64,000 nucleotides of DNA. Origin: Mobula hypostoma (taxonomy: Eukaryota). The translations under genes and the position numbers were made by a program. This document shows, one piece after another, positions 39,219-51,235 of the stretch (the stretch's first letter is position 1; every line of letters begins with the position of its first letter). The notes beneath the pieces were generated by a model that searched no databases, was not told where the DNA came from, and saw only the letters and a list, made by a program, of their open reading frames with translations. The stretch is from NCBI RefSeq assembly GCF_963921235.1, contig NC_086097.1, positions 71,674,001 to 71,738,000 on the forward strand, written 5' to 3'.

Positions 39219-41784
39219 TACTGTATATCATCAGTACTACGTCATCAGTGGACCAGTACCCTGGAGCTCGCTATCTAACATAACTATGTTTCATCCAGAG
39301 GACTGCTGTGTTTCAAGAAGGGAACTCATCGCATCTGAAGGGCAAAATGGAATGGGCAATGAATGCTATCCTTATGAGCAGTACCCACATTGCAAACAAT
39401 TGGTAAAACAAAACTCTACCATTCTCCTTGTAGCTGCTACTTTTCTGTTCAAATCAATGAGCCTGCTGGAATTGTTCCAGGTTAACCTGGCACAGACTCT
39501 GTGTATGGGCTTCTGTCTTGTTTTCTGAAACAGTGCAGGGAAATCTGAGGAAGTCTCTACTCCCCTGTTGAACTCCATCAGGACTTCCAAGCTTCAATAC
39601 AATTTGTGTAAAAATCAACAGATGTGGATAGATCTGCCAGTTTTTAAGTGAAACCTTCTCCTATGAATTTGCAGATTTTAGTAGCCAAATGTGGCCTACT
39701 GCACAAATGTTGATAATTGGATAGTACTAACAAGTCTGCAGGACGGATTTCTTATTTGTCTTGAATCGAATGAAATCTGGGAAAATTAAAGCAGCTGTTA
39801 ATTTAAAGCTTATCCACTCAATATATGCAATAGAATTGTGCTCTGTTGTTGACGATCTAGTGGCTTTAGTAACACTGTCATGTGCATTTTTCTTCAGCAG
39901 TATGATATTTCCAAATGGTTCCCAATAGACCAGGCAACCAGTGTACATTGTCTGAGTGCCAGCCTATGGACTATCAGTCAGCAATATCTGATTGGACTGC
40001 TGAGTGGGGAAAAATTCCATTTTGATTGCTAGTTCTAAACAAGTGCGAGAGTATAAGACAATGATTTTACACTTCCTTCACATACAGTCCATTCGAAGGT
40101 AGGAAAGATGTACATAATAGAATTTGAAAAAAATATATATATTGCAGCATCACCTTGTGAGAATGTACTGCATGCTGCTGTTCGTTGACAGCTTCAGTGG
40201 ACAGTATGTTTGACAGTGCCAGTAAATGCTTCATAGATCACGGAACAAATGTACCATAATGGGAAATAAAATGGAATACCTGAATAAAACATTCATACAC
40301 CTGTACCTGTGCAAAGTTACAGTCAGAGCACTGAATATGGCTTTGGATTGTTTTGATTGAGTGTAAAATTGGGGAAAGGTAAACCAATTTCTTTGTTGAA
40401 CCCAGCTGGCAGGTTAGGTTAAAGCTCAAAGGGACAGGTTAGTGACATGAATGGTGTAGGACATGCTTGCAATTTGATTTTCATTTCTATCAATGATTTA
40501 TTGGTTTATGAGCAATGGACTGTGCAGCATGCAGGCAATACTAGGTGGTGAAAACAATCGTTGATGACATGTTCTTTGATCTTGACCATGTGAGTGGTCT
40601 TTTTGCAATCACCTTTCCATGCCCCACTGTTGGCTGAAGCAATTCCTCATTGTTTCCCACAACTAGACATTCACTCCTTTCTGAATTGCAAGTTTTGGAT
40701 CTGTTTATTGAACTCACGCCTTGATCCACAATTCTCCTTTAGTATCTGCACCATATACAACCACATCAGTCACCAGGCCTCCAAGATAAAAATGCGAACG
40801 TTTGCTTGGCAACCGAGCAGGTTGAAATATTGACAAAATCTTTCAATCCTTCAAGGTTCTGCAGGTGTTATTTCAGAGGAAGGATGAAAACAGACATTGC
40901 CATGGAGAAGACACTGTAGTTCTTGACACCCTTGCTGGGCAGGAGCCCTTTCATTTTGTTGAGGCACTTGAAGTGAGAGACCAGAATCGTGCAATCATCT
41001 TTGAGTGTTTCTTTCTGCTCTGTTCTGTCGCTGAGCATGAGGGAAGTTGCTAGCTTGAGTTATGATGGTTTCTAAGCAACCAATGAAAAAACATTGCTCT
41101 GGCTGTGCAGTGTATCATTGTAGGTTTATACAAAATCATCAGGGCTGCCACTCTGATAGCAAGGTATCAGAGCATTCAGAAATATGTTTTAAAACTCCTT
41201 TTGCCTCAGAATTTAGTGGGTTTTTTGATATCGATACCTTGTGCTTCAATATCCTTTGATTTACAGTAAATCACATCATCATTCTCCTTATACCAGAGAA
41301 GCAGGTGATTTCAAGGATTGAGTGACAGTGTTAGCACTTAGAATAAGCACAGCAAGCAAATTTTAGGGATTATACCCTTTTGGATTTGAGGATAAACCAA
41401 CACGACTGTTCAGGGAATTAATTATATGCTTTCAATAGACTGACAGGATTCCATTATAGATGCAACAATTTTTTCCTCCTGATTTTCCAAGGTTAAAAAC
41501 AAATAGGTTGAATAATGGCAAACAATACACTGGTTGATGAACTGAGAATGAGATAGCTATTTGTAAAAGTTTTGTTTTACCCTGCCGTTTTGAAGTTACT
41601 TGCCTGTTATCATGTACTAAAAATGCTTGAAGATATCAAAGTGGAATTTTTCTTGTTTTTTACACTGGATTGCTGAGTAGTGGCAATTTTTCTTTGTGTC
41701 AGATCAAACCTTCCTGGATGTATGTTCACAGAAGATGTATGCTGGAAAAGATGGACGTGATTCAGCATGATTCAAGGGGCTTTA

Positions 41785-42208
41785 GTGAAAGGTTGAATAC
41801 GTTAGGATTTTATTCTCTGGTGTGAAGGAGAATGAGGGGAAATTTGATAGAGGTATATCAAGCTATGATGGGTATAGATAAGGTAAATGCAAAGAGGCTT
41901 TTTCCACGGAGGTTGGGTGAGACTAGAACTAGAGGTCATAGGTTATTGGTGAAAGGTGAAATATTTAAGGGGATCTTGAGAGGGAACCTCTTCACTCAGA
42001 GGGTGGTGAGAGTGTGGAATGATCTGCCAGTGGAAGTGGTGTTCATGGGTTTGATTGCAACATTTAAGAGAAGCTTGGGTGAGTACATGGGTGGAAGGGG
42101 TATGAAGGGCTATGATCCGGATGCAGGCCTATGGGACCAGGCCGAAAAATAGCTTGGTACAGACTAGCTGGGAAAAAAGGCCTGTTTCAACTCTATGACT
42201 CTATGACT
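41785..42208 (+). mobile_element. CR1 3' fragment
   Basis: MRGNLIEVYQAM...NLFTQRVVRVWNDLP; tail (CTCTATGA)n. Confidence 0.88.
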
Positions 42209-42762
42209 GGGGAGATGATGAGGTAGGACTGTGCCTTTCTAGCCAAGAAGGTAGAATGGAGATAGGTGATATACCTCACCTGCAATATTCAGGAATGGAG
42301 GAAAGGGGCGTTAAGGGAACGGGTACAGGAGGTTGCTCAAAGGAAGGAGGGCATGGAGACAGTTAATGTGGCAGATATAGAAGTAGATTGATAAGGAAGG
42401 AAATCAATGCCAAGAGCCCTGCTTGCAGGATATGACTTCAGTCTGATCGATTCAGCAGTTCAGCCTGTGATCAAGGTAAGCTTGCACCTCATCAGATGGT
42501 AACAGCATCTCTCCCATCAAGAATTTTACAGAATGTTTCCACTAATTAATTGTGTTCTGTTGTTCTCACATCTAATAGTATTCCATCTTCAGAGGATCTA
42601 GTTCCACTTCAGGCATATCTCACTACTCTTGTAACAAATGTGGGCAAGTGGGACCATCTAAAATGGAAATCTTCGTCGGCATGAACCAACTGAGTCAAAG
42701 GTCATCCTTGTTTCTGTGTTGTAAGACTATGTGAGACATTGCACATACAGTCTGAATCTCAA

Positions 42763-43305
42763 GCCTCCGTCGGTCAGAGTTGACCACGGATATTGTGTTC
42801 TACCTGTCTAACTACACAAGCCTTGATAGTGTGATATGGAGAGCAAACCGTTGTCCAATGTAGCAGCTGATGAAGCCAAAGGAACAGCAGAGACCGAAAC
42901 AGTTTGGTTCCAGAAGCATCACAGGAGTTGCCAATCAATGTAGGAATTCCTTAGGGACTCCAGCTCCAGATTTTCCCTTGGGGTTTACTCCCAAAGCCTT
43001 CCCCATGAGTGGGTATAACCGCAGGGCAGCGGAGCTTTGAGATCAGAGTTTCCCTTCTCTTCGATGAGCTGCCAACCACGGCTGATGAGCCTCATCTACT
43101 GGTTTCATGGCACCAGTAACCCACCTTTGCCCCATCTCCTGTCAGTTGGAATGGTTCTGCCGGGCTTAGTAGCTAAGCTATACTTGAAGGCCAGGAGCTA
43201 GACTTGGTTATCAGAGGCTATTTGAGTGCATGCCATTCAAAGCATTTAACAGGTAGTGGAAGTTGTCCCCATTACCACCCCCAGCTAAGACAAGCTTAAA
43301 GAACC
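42763..43305 (-). mobile_element. RTE-like non-autonomous element (5'UTR-type sequence)
   Basis: The minus strand contains ggcagctcatcgaagagaagggaaactctga and cccactcatggggaaggctttgggagtaaacccc, resembling RTE leader motifs. Confidence 0.45.
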
Positions 43306-43339
43306 ATACATGTCAAAGGCAAAAAAGCAGAACTATGGG

Positions 43340-43678
43340 AAATGAGGTCAATATGAATGAGGGCTCATCACTTGCTGTAGAGGAAGATCTCATTTCCTGA
43401 AGAAGGATGGCAGGTCAGATGTCCTGAAGCAGAAAGCCTCAATTTTAGAACATGTGGTAGAGACGGAGAAACTGGATTCCTTTGAAGTGACTGACTAGGA
43501 GGAGGTGCTGTTAAGGTTGTTGTGAGAGTCAGTGGATTTATCATAAATGTCAGTGGATTGTTTGTTGAAAATGATCCAAGTGAGTCCAAGGGCGAGGTGG
43601 AACCATACTGCGAAGTTGAGAAGATGGTTGAGTTCTGCACAGATGCAGGATGCAGCACCAATGCATTCATGATGTAGA
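43340..43678 (-). mobile_element. Penelope RT fragment
   Basis: ECIGAASCICAEL..NFAVWFHLALGLTW..STDIYDKSTDSH..STSS, homologous to 37040-37230. Confidence 0.75.
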
Positions 43679-44375
43679 ATAATAGAGCCATAGAGCACTA
43701 CAGCACAAAACAGGCCTATTTAGTCTGTGTTGATCCATTAATCTGCCTCGTCACATCAACCTACACCTGGAACATAGCCCTCCATAACCCTCCCATCCAT
43801 GTACCTATCCAAATTTCTCTTAAGTGTTGAAATCAACCATGCATCCACCTTTTCCCTTGGCAGCTCATTCCACATTTTCACAACCCTTTGACCAAAGAAG
43901 TTCTTCCTCATGTTTCTCTTAAACATTTCACCTTTCACCTTTAACCTATGACCTCTAGTTTTCATCTCACCCGAACCTCTGTGGAAAAGGCCTGGTTGCA
44001 TTAACTCTTTCGATACCCCTCATAATTTTCTATATTGTACCTCTAGCAAATCGCCCCTCATTCTTCTATGCTCCAGGAATTAAAGTTCTACCTATTCAAC
44101 CTTTTCCTGTAACTCTGGTTCTCAAGTCCCAGCAACAACCTTGTAAATTTTCTCTGCACTCTTTTAATCTTACTAATATCCTTCCTGTAGGTAGGCTACC
44201 AGGACTGCCCACAATACTCCAAATTAGGCCTCATCAACATCTTATACTACTTCAACATAACATCCCAACTCCTGTACTCAGTACTTTGATTTATGAAGGC
44301 CAATGTGCCAAGAGTCCTCTTTATAACCCTATCTACCTGTGACACTACTTTCAAGGAATTCACGTTTCCAGATCC
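43679..44375 (-). mobile_element. CR1 3' fragment
   Basis: KTRGHRLKVKGEMFKRNMRKNFFGQRVVKMWNELP plus upstream LEYCGQSW-like remnants. Confidence 0.88.
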
Positions 44376-45529
44376 GTCTAATTTTAAGTGAATATAGAAC
44401 ATAGAACACTACAGCAGAGTAGAGGACATTTGGCTGATGATGTTTTGTCATCATTTTAACCTACTGTAAGATCAATCCAACACATCCCTCCTGTATAGCC
44501 CTCTATGTTCTATCATCTACGTGCCTACCTAAGAGTTTCTTAAAAGTCTAATGTAGCCATCATTGTCCGTAATGTATCCATAATGTAGTTGAGAAAGAGT
44601 TACTAATCTGCAACCTTTATCTCACAATCAGAACTGGCTTTCTTTCCATTCCTTCTCCAGATAAAGGAGGAACTGAGAAGGATCCACCTGGCTAAACACA
44701 CTCTCTCTCCTCCAATCCAGTAGCAGAGCAGAATCAATGGGCTGAATGGCCTACTTCTGCTCCTAGATCTTACATTCTTATGGTCTAATCCCCTATAGCA
44801 CATCATGCACTCTCTTCTCTGAGACATTACAAAATTAATGTTGATGGAGCACTGAAGTTTTTAACAAACTGTTTCATCTTTCACTTTGCCAAGATGATGT
44901 CCTGTGCTGTTGACTAACTTAGCTGTCTGGCTTCCAGTTTAGCCATTGTGGAGACATTTCAGGAATTTAGGGGATCTTGCCACTTTTTTGTAATAAGCAA
45001 ATTGCACCAACATGCTATATTATAATGCCACTATCGGGTCAGATGCCAGCAGCCCACCTGACTGTACATTAGATGATAAGAAAATCCAAATGGAAGACTT
45101 TTGACTAGGCTTTGGGCAATACATTTTCCAGAACCGTTTCTGTAGCTTGTTGTTGTAATTCTACGTGATGTCAGATGGTCACACTAAAGAAAATCTATGA
45201 TCATTTCTCCACAAGCTATTCATTCTCTCTCACTCAGATTTTTTAGATTTTATTCAAAAGACACTGAGGTTTTCTTATCTCTGAATCAAATTTACGGACC
45301 TGTTTGTTGTACTGGCAAAACATAACAAGTCCAGTTTTGGCTGCATGGATCAGAGCACAGGACGCTATGAAATGTATCTCATTAACCTCATGTAGTTACT
45401 CAAGCAGTCAATGTATAAAGTAGCATGCAGAAAATAAGTAAAGCCCCCTTAGAGACATTAGTTCTAAATAGGAAATATTGTATCCATGTTTTATCATGGC
45501 CAGAAACAATGCTTAACAGTGATCATAAC

Positions 45530-46775
45530 CACATGAAACTCTGCTGAAGCTGAAAATCTTGAGCAACACTCACAAAATGCTGGAAGAATGCAGCAATACA
45601 GGCCTCTTCCACAGAGGGAAATAAACAGTTGACATTTTGGGTGGAGACCCTTCATTAGGACTGGAAAGGAAGGGGGCAGAAGCAAGAATAGGAAGGTTGG
45701 GGGGGGGGAAAGGTGAAGGAGTACAAGTTGGCAGGCGGTAGGTAAGACCAAGTGATGGAAAAAGTGAGGGCGTAGGGGAGGGGGGAATGAAGAAAAAATC
45801 TGAGATAGTTGATAGGTGGAAGAGATAAAAGGTAGAAGAAGAAGGTATCTAACCCAATGACATGAATATTGATTTTTCACTCTACTGGTAATTACTCCCC
45901 TCCTCCCTCTCCCCTTTCTCTCTTTTTTCTATTCCCCATCATGGTTACCTTCTCACCTCTTCTCTTCTTGTTACCTGTCCATTACCTTCTTCTGGTTCCA
46001 CTCCTCCTTCCACTTCTTCCATGGTCCACTGTCCTCTACTATTAGATTTCTTCTTCTTTAGCCCTTTACCTCTTCCACCTATCATGTCCCAGTTTTTTAC
46101 TTCATTCCCCCCTCCCCACTCACCCACCTTCCCCTTCACCTGGTTTCACTTGTCACCTACCAGTTTGTACTCCTCCTATTCCCCCGCCTTCATATTCTAG
46201 CTTCTGCACCCTTTCTTTCCAGTCCTGAGTAATTACCAGTAGTTTGAAAAATCAACATTCATGCTATTGGGTTTGACTTCTTCTGCTTTATCTCTTCCAC
46301 CTATCAAACATCTCAGATTTTTACTTCATTCCGCACCCCCACCCCCCCGGCCCTATACACTCACTTTTTCCCTCTCTTGGTCTCACCTACCACCTGTCAA
46401 TTTGTACTCCTTCACCCCCCCCCACCTTCTTATTCTTGCTCTGCCCCATTCTTTTCCAGTCCTGATGAAGGGTCTCCACCCAAAATGTCGACTGTTTATC
46501 TCCCTCTATAGATGGTGCCTGAATTACTGAGTTCTTCCAACATTTTGTGAGTGTTGCTCAAGATTTTCAGCTTCAGCAGAGTTTCATGTGGTTATGATCA
46601 CTATTAAGCATTGTTTCTGGCCAGGATAAAACATGGGATACAATATTTCCTATTAATAACTGATGTCTCTAAGGAGGTATATTTATTTTCTCAGCCCAAA
46701 ATGTTGACTATTTATTCCCCTCCATAGATTCTGCCTGACTTGCTGTGTTCCTCCAGCATTTTGTGCGTGTTGCTT
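45530..46775. mobile_element. Compound Penelope pLTR cluster containing an inverted duplication
   Basis: Minus pLTR at 45530-45857; plus pLTR at 45858-46228 resuming at 46689; inverted copy of 45429-45897 at 46227-46691. Confidence 0.85.
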
Positions 46776-47958
46776 CAACACCGGTTTATTATTTGGGTAA
46801 GCTGGACACTGAATTGCATTTTGTGATGTGCAATACGTCTCGAGGAATACACACAAACTATAATATCTATCATAATGTTTTTAATATTGTGCTGGATCTT
46901 TGTTAATATGGAGCACGTAGTCAAGACCTGCTCCTGAACATGAGACCTATATTCTTTCTTAAGTAGCTTCATATACTGCTATATGGCAACAGTGACGTCA
47001 ATCACATGCTGGATGTCAGTTAGCAACATTGCTGCATGCATTTCCATTTCTGCACATAAACGTGTAAATCAATGGGTCAAACAATAATTTACTCAAGTAC
47101 AACACCGACGAAGGAGACTGCCACTCATAGTTAATAATTGTATTGTATGGTACATAATGATATTGCACAACATGACATTTTTATTTTTGTACCATCAGCT
47201 TCATGTTAGTTTTCGGTGGAAACCGGTGATGGATAACATCTTACAATATGAAGAGGATGCCCGGCAACAGTATACAGCGGATGCTAGTGAATGGCCATTT
47301 TATCATTAGCTATCAAATGTTGGGGATGTTCAAATAGTGTGCATGTCAGAGAAACGGTGGTGCGTCCATGTTTCTAAACTACTATTTGTACCTATGCTGA
47401 TTTTAGTTCATACAAACTTGTCTGGTCTTGGTAAAATATAATTCATTGTGAACTCTTTGGATAGAGTTAAAGAGCAGTGTTCAATATGATTGTTGAGGGA
47501 AGATGCTTCACAGTCTTGCTCCCTTGACGTAAAGATAATTTGACCAACAGTTTACTGGTTTCAATTTTGTAGATTGGGCTGCAGTTTAAGAATGCTTATA
47601 ATAATCAAATAGGAGTGGTAATAATTTGTACCACTGGAGACATTTCGAATCATAATCTAATTCTTACACAGAATTCAAGAATTAATATCATAAAATTATA
47701 GAGCTTGGACAAGTGTTCCATCTGGCTGATCTGGATATTTTAAGGAAGTATAGGAACAGTATTGGTCACTGTCCATTCCATCCTTACCCCACAATTTCTT
47801 TGATCAGGCGTACATATCCATTTCTGTTCTACGAATCTGCTTCCACATCTGTACTGGCAATGCATTTCAAATCAATCTTGGTCTCCCCATATGCCTCCGA
47901 TTAGTTAATTAACCCTATAGAAATAAAGGGGATTCTTCCATTATTGACAACATTTCAG

Positions 47959-48084
47959 ATTATCTCATGCCAAGAGCAGGCCCGAAAGGAAAATTTGCAG
48001 GAACGAAGAAGTGCTATGAAAGAGGGGCTGAGAAATGCAGTTGAAAGGTTTCACAGTGGAGAGGATGAAATTTGCGATATTGAT
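47959..48084 (+). CDS. Candidate coding exon of an unidentified gene (phase 0-0)
   Basis: tttcag|ATT...GAT|gtgagc, 126 bp, open: IISCQEQARKENLQERRSAMKEGLRNAVERFHSGEDEICDID. The next acceptor at 48190 continues KYLEKFEK. No homolog recognised. Confidence 0.3.
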
Positions 48085-49824
48085 GTGAGCAGAGATATGA
48101 TCTTTTTAATTAATTTACATCAATTAACTGTGTTTTCAGACACATTAATTATTTAATTTGATTCCGACTCATTTTAAATGTATTTTTCAGAAATACTTGG
48201 AGAAGTTTGAGAAAAGGTCTTTGCTCTACATCAACAGGATAGTCTGGGGCTCGGCTTCATGGGATAATTGCCCACAGACCATATCTCTTCAGGGTTTAGT
48301 AGCCCCATGAGGCTGCAAAATGTTACTGGATCTGTGGGGATCAGCCCAGGGGCTGGCTAAGCCAAGCACAATGTGACCTAATGTTGCAGACTGTCAGAAG
48401 CGCGAGCAAGAAGAACATGAGTAGTCCCTGAAATCTGGTCTAATTAGGACCTGCTATTCATCAATGTGCTAGCATGTAACCACAGTAACCATCATATTCT
48501 GAGTTCCTGAAAAATACAGAACTTGTTAGGAAGATAAAGAAGCTCCTTTCCTACTAAATTAATGCACTTCAACAGCAAGCTCCACATCTCCTACAGTGCA
48601 TAAACCTGGTAAACTTGAGACACCTGCAGCATGCTTAATTAAAACAGACCAGAATATTAAAAAATAATTGGCCAGAGAAATATCTGTTGCATTATATGCA
48701 TTGTAGAAATAAATGAGAGTCAAAATGCAAATCTGCTGTTCTGTTTGAGCTGGATTAACATTCACTCATCACTGAGAAGGTGCTCTTTGACCTGATATAA
48801 ATCTTCCCTGGGAGATGGAGCCCCCTAGCAAGGATTGAGGATAATTAAACAACTCCTGGAAAATAATAGCAGAATGATGTAGGAGAGTTGAGCAGATTTG
48901 CAAAATTAATTTAAATCATGGTCACATCAAGAAAAATATTATGCATGTATGGGAGAAAGATTATGTAGAAAGATTAATTCTTGTTTTGTTTAATTAAAAG
49001 TTAATTATTGGCTAACTCACTTTTGCTTTTATGTACATTCCTAAATAATTGTGAAAATAATAGATGTCTGGTTCCATGTAAATGCAGAGATGCTCTTTTA
49101 TTCAAATCTGTTATTCTCAACAGTTTATTGTCAGTCTGGGCTCAAAAGCAAATGCCCTCTGTTGTAGGCATGGGACCAGAAGAAGCTTGATTTTGGAGGG
49201 GAACAGTGATTAGGGTGTGGACATTGTAAACCTACTCCTTTACCTCCAGCTCTTTACATTCCAGTAGGTGGGGCTGTTGGCAAATATATAATTCCATTCC
49301 CCAAAACCCCTTCCTCTTCCCTACCACTAAAGGAGCTAGTCTGGGAAGTATGTGCATTTAAAAAAGGTTTTTGCCCTATATCCTATTAAAAACAAACCTG
49401 AGATGATTGGCCAAAGACATTCAAATATTTAAATATCCAAAAGCTGAACTTCAAGGGCAAAGCTTTCCCTTAGCGTGTGTTTGAGGCTCTGCTTCAGGTT
49501 AGGGCATTGTTACTAGGCACCATGTTGCTCTGGGCCAACAAGGTAGGGCCTGCTGTGTACAGATTAGCTAAGTACAACCAGGGGTGACTGCAGCCCAACA
49601 TTGTAGGCAGCGAGCTGTTGCTCAACCACTGCAGTTACTTTCACACTGCAACTAACTCCTTGTTGAATCCTTGTGAGCAACTTTACACTGCATTCAGAGG
49701 CTACATCCTTGTTTTGGAGGCTAGATTTGTCAAACATTCCCACACCTCATATCCCATTTTCACAAAGGAGACCAATGCTTTAAGTAAGACTAAAATACCT
49801 TTCATTGCCCTGTCCTGTCCGGCA

Positions 49825-50375
49825 TTACCGGAAGTTCAAGAAATCGATGTTCATGCCATCAGGGTGGAGGCTACCCTGCTGAAATATAAGGTGTTGCTCC
49901 TCCAACCTGAGTGCGGCCTCCTCGTGACAATGCAGGAGGCCATGGACTGACATGTCGGAATGGGAATGGGAAGTGGAGTTTAAATGGGTGGCCACTGGGA
50001 AATTCCACTTTTTCTGGCCAATGGAGTGTAGGTGCTCTCTCCCTCTGGTGTCCACCTCCTTTTCTTTCTTCCATGTCCTTCTGTCTTTTCCTATCACATT
50101 CCCCCTTCTCCAGCCTGTGTCCCTTTCACCAATCAATTTCCTAGCTCTTTACTTCACCCCTCCTCCCTCCCAGTTTCACTAATCACCTTGTGTTTCCTTC
50201 TCCCCTCCCCCCACTTTCATACTCTGGCTCCTCATCTTTTTTGCCAGTCCTGATGAAGGGTCTCGGCTGAAAATGTCAACTATGCTCTTTTCCATAGATG
50301 CTGCCTGGCCTGCTAAGTTCCTCCAGCATTTTGTGTGTGTTGCTTGGAATTCCAGCATCTGCAGATTTTCTCAAG
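49825..50375. mobile_element. Penelope-like element: inverted ORF end plus pLTR
   Basis: Minus PVATHLNSTSHSHSDMSVHGLLHCHEEAALRLEEQHLIF..PDGMNIDF; plus pLTR with cagtcctgatgaagggtctcggctgaaaatgtcaac at 50245. Confidence 0.88.
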
Positions 50376-50573
50376 TTTTTTCTGTCCTTCACCATCTGCC
50401 CTTCCCCCTGTCACCCATCCATGCTAGTCCAAACATCTTGCAGTCTCCACTTCCTTGCCATATAACTTTCTGTATTGTTCTGCTTTAGGCCCTCGAGTTC
50501 TACCTTTTTGCTCTTCGCTTGCTTTAAGGAAGTATTCGTCACACTGCAGATATACAATAAATTCAGACTCCTG

Positions 50574-51235
50574 GCAAAATGGCTCAGGTGTATCGACACA
50601 GAAATGTGTGGAGCCTCTGTGAATTAAGGGATGCACTGACTTTTGTAGGCCCTGTTAACATTTCTCTTATAAACAGCAATTTGTTCCCCTAATATAACAA
50701 AGCAAATTGATCATTCCAGAATTTTGGTCTCCACCTTGTAGCTGATTCCATGTGTTGATCTGTTTTTGTGAAGAAATCATCACTTTCATTTTGAAATCTG
50801 CCTTCTAGAAATTTGATTCTATCTTCTTTTGTCCTTCTCAAATTTAAGTTGAAGTCAATTTCTGTGTTTATCTGATCTAAATTACCAACCTCAGCATGAA
50901 ACAGAAGTGATTACCCTAACAATAGTACAAATTCAATCAAGGAGTTGGCAAATGTTGACAGGCAGAAGTCCTTGTCTTTCTGTACAAATGATCCTTTTTC
51001 CTGAAATGTGTCTGCATATCACTTTACTTTAAACATCACGTTCTGCTATCTAGAACTCATTGCTAAGTTATCTGAGAATAAGATTTTCTATCATCTTCTG
51101 AGTACATATTTCAATGTTGTGTTGGATGTTTTGCTTGTTATAAGGGAACTTTTAACAAGGCCTGCAAAAGTCAGTGCATCCTTAATTCACAGAGGCTCCA
51201 CACATTTCTGTGTTGATGCATCACAGCCATTTTGC
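50574..51235. repeat. Inverted repeat, arms 50574-50679 and 51131-51235
   Basis: Core acacagaaatgtgtggagcctctgtgaattaagg and its exact reverse complement; ~105-bp arms. Confidence 0.9.
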
